A program made the translations under genes and the position numbers. A DNA stretch of 9,599 nt, from positions 1 to 9,599 of the IMG/VR virus record IMGVR_UViG_2713896901_000003. The stretch is one strand, 5' to 3'. Position 1 is the first letter of the stretch. Each line of letters opens with the position of its first letter. The notes under the pieces were generated by a model. The model did no database searches, was not told the origin of the DNA, and saw nothing but the letters and a program-made list of their open reading frames with translations. This stretch comes from a virus. Taxonomy: Duplodnaviria; Heunggongvirae; Uroviricota; Caudoviricetes. Shown here piece after piece: positions 1 to 5,119 of this stretch.

Positions 1-24
1 AATTTCAAAGGTTAGTTTTTTCAT
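1..24 (-). CDS. ninB: 5' end of a ninB-like gene; partial, continues past the window start
   Basis: The reverse complement of 1-24 reads ATGAAAAAACTAACCTTTGAAATT, which translates to MKKLTFEI. From memory this matches the N-terminus of lambda/P22 NinB. Only 8 codons fall inside the window. Confidence 0.4.
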
Positions 25-40
25 GACTTCCCTCTCCCCC

Positions 41-72
41 AAATAAAAAGGCCTGCGATTACCAGCAGGCCT
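41..72 (-). terminator. Rho-independent terminator in the tR2 position, between the ren-slot ORF and ninB
   Basis: A perfect 8-bp stem, AGGCCTGC (49-56) pairing with GCAGGCCT (65-72), encloses an 8-nt loop. On the minus strand it is followed by TTTTATTT, the complement of 41-48. It lies 25 nt downstream of the stop of the 98..367 ORF. Confidence 0.7.
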
Positions 73-97
73 GTTATTAGCTCAGTGATGTAGATGG

Positions 98-367
98 TCA
101 TTGCTTCATCTCACTTTCCATTTCATCAATGTCAACGTCATCAGGAAGGTGGGAGCAATACGCCGCTATACCATGATGATTTATCTCATACCCTTTAAAC
201 GTTACCATCTGGCGCGTAATCTCAACTTCGTTCAGGAATCCGCCATCGCATAACTGCCTGGCTATTTTCGATTTGGTCTGGATTATTGGTAGTGCCTGTT
301 CTTTCAAAGCGTATGATATTTGTGCATCCCATGCCTTTTCGAGAATGGCTAATTGTTTTTTATTCAT
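98..367 (-). CDS. Hypothetical 89-aa protein in the ren/nin slot downstream of the helicase
   Basis: Intact ORF. Its start overlaps the helicase stop (ATGA overlap at 364-367). It sits in the operon position that ren occupies in lambda. I do not recognise the protein. Confidence 0.6.
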   Translation of the reverse strand: MNKKQLAILEKAWDAQISYALKEQALPIIQTKSKIARQLCDGGFLNEVEITRQMVTFKGYEINHHGIAAYCSHLPDDVDIDEMESEMKQ

Positions 368-1803
368 CAGAATCCTCCTTTCTTCTTGGACTGCGGTTCC
401 TCGCGTTCACGGCGGCGCATTTCAGCAGACTGTTGGTCTGTGTCATAAATAGCGCCATTTGCCTGAATGCAATACACCGTGCCGGTATTGCCATGACGAT
501 TGAGACGAAGGATTAGTTCGGTTTCACCAGGTGGAACACTGTCATCAAAAGCACCTTCACGATGGATCCCCACCCAATAATCGCAATCCTGTTCAATCTG
601 CCCTGTATCTCGGGAGTCACTTGGTAATGGGCGTTTATTGGTTCGGCTTTCCAGTGCGCGGTTAAGCTGTGTCAGAAGCACAACAACGCAATCAAGCTCT
701 TTGGCAAGGTTCTTCAGTCCTTTGGTGATCATGCCGTAGGCAAGGTCGTTACGATCGGCCTTTTCAGCGGTCATTAGTGTCAGGTAATCGACAAGAATCA
801 TGCCAACGCATCCTTTTTCTCGTTTGATTCGACGGCTTTCGCTGACGATTTGAGCCAAAGATAATCCCGGCGTGTCGTCGATGTAAAGCAGGTCGATTTC
901 ACTCAAGCGATTGGCTGTTTCTATCGCCCTGTTGAAGTCACCATCGTAATCACCCTGATAGCCGTCATCAGCGTCATTTGTCGCCGGAAGGTAAAAAATA
1001 TTCGGGTTAACACCTGACTTCTGCCCTACCAGTTTTTCCAGTATCTGGTCACTTGGCATTTCAAGGCTGAACATCAGAGCGGGCTTTTTCTCATGCACTG
1101 CGCAGTTGATTGCCATCTGGCTGTATAGCGTCGTTTTCCCCATCTTAGGGCGAGCGCCAATGACAAACAGAGAGCCTTTCACCAGACCTTTCGGTGACAG
1201 CATCCTGTCCAGCGATGGGATCCCTGTGCTCATTCCTCGTTGTTCGCCTGACGGGTCAAATCGCTTCTCAAGGTCGCTAACCCAGTCTTCCATGACCTCA
1301 CCAAATGAGCGAAGGCCGCGACGCGATCCGGTTTTTGCATGGTCTGTCAGTTGCGTGAAAATCGCCTGAATAGCTTCGTACTTCTGCGTCGCAGTCATTC
1401 CGTTGCGGGAATAGAGCAATTCCGTCGCTTCAGTCATGCGGTTGATGGCGTAGCGTTCCATTGCGGTTTCGCGAACCTGCATTGCATAGGCAACGATGTT
1501 TGCGGCGCTTGGCGTGTTCTTTGCGATCTCAGCGATATAAGCAAAACCGCCAACAGACGCCGTTAACGATTTACGCTCCAGTTCATCGAAAAGCGTCAGG
1601 CCATCTACTGGCTTTTGCTCCCGGTGCATTCTGATTATTTCTTCGAAAAGGATTTTGTGTGGTCGGCTGTAAAATGAATCAGGCTTCAGCATCGCCAGAA
1701 CTTTCTGGACGCGCTCACTGCTGTCATCATCCAGAAGCAATCCACCAATCACCGCCTGCTCTGCCTCGATGCTATGGGGCGGCGCATAAAAATTATCGGT
1801 CAT
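367..1803 (-). CDS. Phage-encoded DnaB-family replicative DNA helicase (P22 gene 12 type)
   Basis: The N-terminus carries the DnaB-typical motif HSIEAEQAVIGGLLLD. A Walker A motif GARPKMGKTT and a DYLTLM motif are present. Length is about 478 aa. The ORF track begins at a GTG (1818). The ATG at 1801-1803 has a GAGGG ribosome-binding site 7 nt upstream and overlaps the O-like stop, giving ATGACCGATAA. Confidence 0.9.
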   Translation of the reverse strand: MTDNFYAPPHSIEAEQAVIGGLLLDDDSSERVQKVLAMLKPDSFYSRPHKILFEEIIRMHREQKPVDGLTLFDELERKSLTASVGGFAYIAEIAKNTPSAANIVAYAMQVRETAMERYAINRMTEATELLYSRNGMTATQKYEAIQAIFTQLTDHAKTGSRRGLRSFGEVMEDWVSDLEKRFDPSGEQRGMSTGIPSLDRMLSPKGLVKGSLFVIGARPKMGKTTLYSQMAINCAVHEKKPALMFSLEMPSDQILEKLVGQKSGVNPNIFYLPATNDADDGYQGDYDGDFNRAIETANRLSEIDLLYIDDTPGLSLAQIVSESRRIKREKGCVGMILVDYLTLMTAEKADRNDLAYGMITKGLKNLAKELDCVVVLLTQLNRALESRTNKRPLPSDSRDTGQIEQDCDYWVGIHREGAFDDSVPPGETELILRLNRHGNTGTVYCIQANGAIYDTDQQSAEMRRREREEPQSKKKGGF

Positions 1804-2692
1804 CGTGTTCACCCTCACGAACTTTCAGGTAGGTATTATCGTTAAGCAGGAAATCAAATCCCTTTTTGTGCCAGACAGTTCCGCGTTGATGGTTTGGGCG
1901 CTCTTCGAACATCCATCGGCAATTTTCGCCTACGTAGCTCAAATAATTTCTCCAGTCCTGCATCGAGAACCCATGCCCGTCAAGCTGGCGGGTTATAACT
2001 CCGGCTTTGCGCCAGAACGTTCGGATCTGGTTTTTACGCTTGTCATTCAGTGCGCGGATTCTTGGCGCTTCAGGAAGGATTTCGTGGTAAGCATCGACAA
2101 CATCCTGACAGCTGACGGAAGGTTTTTTCTTGTCAGACTTTTTGTCTGCTGTGGCACTCTCTAATACGTCAGTATTAGAGATAATATTATTATATTCTTT
2201 ATCTGTGGTAATTTGCTGGTAATCTGCTGGTACTGTATTGCTTACAGGCATTGGTATTGCTGGCTTTGAGGTGGTAATTTGCTGGTAATCTGCTGGTACA
2301 AAATTTGACTGATAATCGTCATATTTCTCTACCGAGAAAACTGAGAATTTACCGTGTGAAACCCAGTCAATCATGCCGAGTTTTTTGAACTTTCTAAGCA
2401 GGTACTGAACGCGATCTGGTTTGAGTCCTGTTTCAAACGCCAGAGAGTTTCTACCGCCAAGTAGCTTCCCTCTGCCTACCAGAATTTCTCCTGCGTCAGT
2501 CATTACATACTCAGGCGTATGCTTTGCTTTGAGGATTAAGTGAACCCACAGATGCGCTGCTTCTGCGTCCTTGTAAAACGGCACATCCATAATTTTACGG
2601 TGCAGCAAGGCATACCCCTTACCGCTGCTTTGATGCGGTCGTTGTAGCCTTCTGGCCTCTCTGGCTTCGGCTAGATTAGATATGTTACTCAT
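1793..2692 (-). CDS. Replication initiation protein with lambda-O-like function, carrying ori iterons in its coding sequence (resembles P22 gene 18 type)
   Basis: 299-aa ORF immediately upstream of the helicase and translationally coupled to it. It contains an internal direct DNA repeat that encodes the duplicated peptide [10 protein letters not shown]. This is the same arrangement as the lambda ori, which lies inside the O gene. The N-terminus resembles phage replisome-organiser proteins. Confidence 0.8.
   Translation of the reverse strand: MSNISNLAEAREARRLQRPHQSSGKGYALLHRKIMDVPFYKDAEAAHLWVHLILKAKHTPEYVMTDAGEILVGRGKLLGGRNSLAFETGLKPDRVQYLLRKFKKLGMIDWVSHGKFSVFSVEKYDDYQSNFVPADYQQITTSKPAIPMPVSNTVPADYQQITTDKEYNNIISNTDVLESATADKKSDKKKPSVSCQDVVDAYHEILPEAPRIRALNDKRKNQIRTFWRKAGVITRQLDGHGFSMQDWRNYLSYVGENCRWMFEERPNHQRGTVWHKKGFDFLLNDNTYLKVREGEHDDR
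2165..2299. repeat. Putative origin of replication: iterons plus an adjacent AT-rich tract inside the O-like gene
   Basis: A perfect 29-bp direct repeat, GTGGTAATTTGCTGGTAATCTGCTGGTAC, occurs at 2205-2233 and again at 2271-2299. Each copy holds two GCTGGTA(A/C) iteron cores, and a fifth core, TTGCTGGC, lies between the copies. The flanking tract 2165-2204 (AGAGATAATATTATTATATTCTTTATC) is AT-rich and lies downstream in the O reading direction, as in lambda ori. Confidence 0.65.
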
Positions 2693-2831
2693 GACCTTTC
2701 TCCTTCTGCATCAGCTTCACTTTTTCCAACTCAGCCCGGAATCGACCAGGCTGCTTGAAGCTGGACAGGAAGCGATCACGTAGTATGTGTTTGTGAATTT
2801 TGTCCTGGTAAGGACTGAGTTGTTTTGTCAT
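2685..2831 (-). CDS. Small basic 48-aa ORF between cII and the O-like gene, absent from the ORF track
   Basis: Sequence [48 protein letters not shown]. Its ribosome-binding site and start, AGGAGTAATTATGACAAA, match the lambda O translation start as I recall it. The ORF ends with TAA overlapping the ATG of the O-like gene (GGTCATGAGTAA), which implies translational coupling. Confidence 0.45.
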   Translation of the reverse strand: MTKQLSPYQDKIHKHILRDRFLSSFKQPGRFRAELEKVKLMQKEKGHE

Positions 2832-2842
2832 AATTACTCCTG

Positions 2843-2920
2843 TGGATTGATCCAGTAATGACCTCAGAATTCCATCTGGATTTGTTCAGAACGCTCGGTC
2901 TTGCACACCGGGCGTTTTTT
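2843..2920 (+). ncRNA. oop: OOP-like antisense RNA, complementary to the 3' end of cII, with its own intrinsic terminator
   Basis: Plus strand 2843-2920 reads GTGGATTGATCCAGTAATGACCTCAGAATTCCATCTGGATTTGTTCAGAACGCTCGG, followed by a terminator stem CGCTCGGT (2892-2899) pairing with ACCGGGCG (2907-2914) and TTTTTTCTTT (2915-2924). This closely parallels lambda OOP RNA as I recall it. A candidate -10 element, CATAAT, lies at 2829-2834. Confidence 0.6.
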
Positions 2921-3163
2921 CTTTGTGATTCCATCAAGCGCATACTTAAAAGCCCTGCTAATTGGACTGATGTCTGATGCCATTCCGAAAGCACACAAGA
3001 CCGAAGCAATAAACCGCCAGTCCGTTCTGCTTATCTTCGATTCATGACAGCCAATCATCTTTGCCAGACCACGCTGGGTAAGCGTTGACAGGTTGATGAG
3101 TAAATCTGTTTCTGCGCGATCAACGTCACGCTGTGATAGTTTGCTGTAACTTGTTTGTTCCAT
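2864..3163 (-). CDS. cII: CII transcriptional activator, the lysogeny establishment regulator
   Basis: 99 aa. The C-terminus [19 protein letters not shown] matches lambda CII ([17 protein letters not shown]) and the HTH region KSQISR-like motif is present. It sits between cro and O, as in lambda. Confidence 0.9.
   Translation of the reverse strand: MEQTSYSKLSQRDVDRAETDLLINLSTLTQRGLAKMIGCHESKISRTDWRFIASVLCAFGMASDISPISRAFKYALDGITKKKRPVCKTERSEQIQMEF
3141..3154 (+). promoter_or_regulatory. Putative CII-binding direct repeat, TTGC-N6-TTGT, at a pRE-like promoter directed toward cI
   Basis: TTGC (3141-3144), TGTAAC, TTGT (3151-3154) lie within the first codons of cII. The spacing to the cII start codon (CAT at 3161-3163) is the same as lambda TTGC-N6-TTGC at pRE. 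There is one mismatch in the second repeat. Confidence 0.4.
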
Positions 3164-3190
3164 TTCTTATGATTTCCAATAGTGAATATT

Positions 3191-3216
3191 ACGCATCTGT
3201 TGATGCGTTTTTTGTG
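3191..3216 (+). terminator. Intrinsic-terminator-like hairpin oriented on the plus strand between cII and cro
   Basis: Stem ACGCATC (3191-3197), loop TGTT, stem GATGCGT (3202-3208), then TTTTT, GTG. On the minus strand the 3' flank is AATATT, which is not a good terminator. Confidence 0.4.
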
Positions 3217-3253
3217 GGGACGAATCATCCCCGACCTGATTGTTTAAAGAGCG
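3216..3253 (-). promoter_or_regulatory. nutR: boxA plus a boxB hairpin immediately downstream of cro
   Basis: The minus strand reads CGCTCTTTAAACA (boxA; 3241-3253), then ATCAGGTC, then GGGGATGATTCGTCCCC (boxB hairpin; 3216-3232). The identical 17-nt boxB recurs on the plus strand at 4948-4964. Confidence 0.7.
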
Positions 3254-3260
3254 GTGTTAC

Positions 3261-3485
3261 TTATGCTGCCTGATTCGGTTTTGGAAACAGGTGTGGCAAA
3301 TCGGGGCGAATTTCGTAAGCCTTGATCTGCCCTCCAGTGGCGTTAACGATGGCGGTAACTTTCTCTGGAGAGACCAACCCGCCTTTCAGCCATTTGTGTA
3401 CTGCTGGCTGCGTTACACCACACTTGTCGGCAAGGCGCTTTTGGCTACCGACAATTTTCAAGGCTCGTTGAATTACTAAATTCAT
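3261..3485 (-). CDS. cro: Cro-like repressor with a small HTH
   Basis: About 74 aa, MNLVIQRALKIVGSQKRLADKCGVTQPAVHKWLKGG..., divergent from cI across the operator region. The ORF track starts at 3506, but that first ATG lies about 1 nt from the predicted pR +1 and has no ribosome-binding site. The ATG at 3483-3485 is preceded by AAGAGGT with proper spacing. Confidence 0.8.
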   Translation of the reverse strand: MNLVIQRALKIVGSQKRLADKCGVTQPAVHKWLKGGLVSPEKVTAIVNATGGQIKAYEIRPDLPHLFPKPNQAA

Positions 3486-3518
3486 GAGCATACCTCTTGT
3501 GGTCATTACTTATAACCA

Positions 3519-3584
3519 AAGATAACTCAAGTTATAAAAAATAGCAATAACCTTTGTTATTTTACTTTGGATAACCGTAGTTAT
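3519..3584. promoter_or_regulatory. oR/pR/pRM immunity control region with three 14-bp operators
   Basis: Three operators: ATAACTCAAGTTAT (3522-3535), ATAACCTTTGTTAT (3547-3560) and ATAACCGTAGTTAT (3571-3584). Centre-to-centre spacings are 25 and 24 bp. pR on the minus strand has -35 TTGCTA (3542-3547), 17 nt of spacer, and -10 TATCTT (3519-3524). A candidate pRM -10, TATAGA (3582-3587), precedes a leaderless cI ATG at 3597. Confidence 0.7.
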
Positions 3585-3596
3585 AGATTTGTGGGT

Positions 3597-4304
3597 ATGA
3601 AAACATTCGCAGAAAGACTAAATGCAGCCATGAGCTCAGCAGGTGTGTCGCAATCACAGCTTGCTGACATGGTTGGAATATCTCAGCCAGCCATACAGAA
3701 GATGTCATCCGGTAAAACAAACGGATCTCGCAAGATGGTTGAATTAGCCAATGCTTTAAAAGTACGCCCTGAATGGCTTAGCTCTGGTATTGGTGAAATG
3801 AGGGATGGTACACATGAAGAACCATCCAATGTCCGTGAATCATCTTTAAAAGCTGTGGTATGGGAAGATATTAAAAGAAACGATGACGAGTTTGTCGCGT
3901 TGCCTCTTCTTAACGTTTCGCTTTCAGCTGGAAACGGTAGCTGCGAGCTAGAGGAATCATCAGAGTTCTCTTTGGTTTTCAGAAAGTACTATCTGAAAAA
4001 GATGGGGGTATCTGAAAGATCAGCCAAGCTAGTTAGGGTTGTAGGGCAAAGCATGGAACCAACGCTTCACGACGGAGATGTTGTTGGTGTTAACACACAA
4101 GATACCACAATCAGAGATGGTAAAACCTACGCTATTTGCCAGTCTGATTTGTTACGAGTAAAAACATTAATCGCCACCCCTACATCGGTGATAATCAGAT
4201 CAATAAATCGCGAAGAGTACCCAGATGAAGTAATGGATAGAGATGAATTTCATGAAACCGTAAGGATTATTGGCAGAGTATTCTGGTCGTCTCATAGTTG
4301 GTAA
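3597..4304 (+). CDS. cI: CI-type prophage repressor: N-terminal HTH, C-terminal S24 LexA-like autopeptidase
   Basis: HTH segment QSQLADMVGISQPAIQKM. Candidate Ala-Gly cleavage site in SLSAGNG. Catalytic Ser in GQSMEPT and Lys in LLRVKTL. The ORF track begins at a TTG (3567) that lies inside OR3. The ATG at 3597 gives a 235-aa leaderless product, as for lambda cI transcribed from pRM. Confidence 0.9.
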   Translation: MKTFAERLNAAMSSAGVSQSQLADMVGISQPAIQKMSSGKTNGSRKMVELANALKVRPEWLSSGIGEMRDGTHEEPSNVRESSLKAVVWEDIKRNDDEFVALPLLNVSLSAGNGSCELEESSEFSLVFRKYYLKKMGVSERSAKLVRVVGQSMEPTLHDGDVVGVNTQDTTIRDGKTYAICQSDLLRVKTLIATPTSVIIRSINREEYPDEVMDRDEFHETVRIIGRVFWSSHSW

Positions 4305-4344
4305 CCGATAATCAGAAGAAGACTTACGGAAGTGCGGAGGGATA

Positions 4345-4641
4345 ATGGAATTTCTGATAGTTTTTGTTGTTGTTTTGGTCATCATTCTTTTTGTTTTGCT
4401 AAGCATTAGCAAAAAGCTATCTCAAATGATTGAACATAGCTCTAATCGCGCAAAAGAAGAAGACCATCTAATTGATATAAAAGAGATTCTCTCTGATATA
4501 AAAATCACATTAGATGAAATAAAATACACAACAGATCTAATTGAACAGTATAAAATACCAACCCCAAACGAAAGAAAAGCAATAGATCAATATCGTATTG
4601 ACTTAGAAATCGACGAAATGCTAAGCAAAAGAAAAGACTAA
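4345..4641 (+). CDS. AT-rich moron encoding a 98-aa bitopic membrane protein: N-terminal TM anchor plus an acidic helical tail. It occupies the rexAB or lysogenic-conversion slot downstream of cI.
   Basis: Strong ribosome-binding site, GGAGGGATAATG. Residues 3-22, FLIVFVVVLVIILFVLLSIS, form a TM helix, followed by KK and a helical tail rich in charged residues. GC content is about 30 %, against about 50 % for the flanks. The gene is 40 nt downstream of cI with no terminator between them, and is followed by a tImm-like terminator. Confidence 0.7.
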   Translation: MEFLIVFVVVLVIILFVLLSISKKLSQMIEHSSNRAKEEDHLIDIKEILSDIKITLDEIKYTTDLIEQYKIPTPNERKAIDQYRIDLEIDEMLSKRKD

Positions 4642-4645
4642 AAAC

Positions 4646-4674
4646 ACCCGGCCTCAGCGCCGGGTTTTCTTTTC
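4646..4674 (+). terminator. tImm-like intrinsic terminator ending the cI-moron transcript; the hairpin is bidirectional
   Basis: Stem CCCGGC (4647-4652), loop CTCAGC, stem GCCGGG (4659-4664), then TTTTCTTTTCC. On the minus strand the same stem is followed by TGTTTTTAG. Confidence 0.8.
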
Positions 4675-4813
4675 CTGCCGTCCCCCACCCAATCAACCAT
4701 CCTCATCATAGACAAGCATCAAGCCAAAGGTAGCACTTTCACCCCGCACGCAAGCCCTCAAACACCAATCAATCAGCAACATTTACAAAAATAAAATACC
4801 TTTGTTATCCATC

Positions 4814-4880
4814 ACTTATAACTTATTTACCATAAAATATAAACTAAGTTATTGACCACACCTATAACCTAAGTTATCTT
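4814..4880 (+). promoter_or_regulatory. oL/pL: early-left promoter with operators
   Basis: -35 TTGACC (4852-4857), 17-nt spacer, -10 TATCTT (4875-4880). OL1 ATAACCTAAGTTAT (4864-4877) lies between the -35 and -10 elements. OL2 ATAAACTAAGTTAT (4839-4852) is centred 25 bp upstream. A degenerate third site lies near 4814-4831. Confidence 0.65.
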
Positions 4881-4926
4881 TAAGCCATCAGCAGGACGCA
4901 GGAAGCCAAACGGAACAGATTGGCAG

Positions 4927-4964
4927 GCTCTTTAACATTGATGGAATGGGGATGATTCGTCCCC
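4927..4964 (+). promoter_or_regulatory. nutL: boxA-like element plus a boxB hairpin
   Basis: GCTCTTTAACA (4927-4937), then TTGATGGAAT, then GGGGATGATTCGTCCCC (4948-4964). The boxB 17-mer is identical to that of nutR. Confidence 0.7.
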
Positions 4965-5119
4965 ACCAAAGAGAGGTTGGCTTTGGGATTTGATGAATGT
5001 GCAGGTCGATGCACTAACGCTTAGCGGTGAGCACCTGCCTTTGGGGCAGGATGGGTAGCCGCAATCAGGAGATCGACACCTGACATCAAATCACCAAAGT
5101 CAATCATCGGAGGTATCCA

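Noticed and set aside
286-516. 76-aa plus-strand ORF overlapping the helicase and the 89-aa gene
   Set aside because: It is antisense to two well-supported, tightly coupled minus-strand genes. It has no ribosome-binding site and a low-complexity hydrophobic translation. It is a typical shadow ORF.
1106-2164. Plus-strand ORFs 1106..1369, 1339..1566 and 1805..2164
   Set aside because: They lie wholly inside the DnaB-like helicase and O-like genes on the opposite strand. They are shadow ORFs with no independent support.
2776-3009. 77-aa minus-strand ORF overlapping the cII 3' end
   Set aside because: It is out of frame with cII and overlaps the real small ORF and the OOP RNA. It has no ribosome-binding site. 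The region is explained by cII, OOP and the 48-aa ORF.
3240-3479. 79-aa plus-strand ORF antisense to cro
   Set aside because: It completely overlaps cro and nutR on the other strand, and no promoter or ribosome-binding site is visible. If pRE exists, its transcript would cross here as non-coding antisense, as in lambda.
4200-4696. Minus-strand ORFs 4200..4412 and 4505..4696
   Set aside because: They are antisense to the cI 3' end and to the AT-rich membrane-protein gene. Their translations are low-complexity artefacts of AT-rich DNA.
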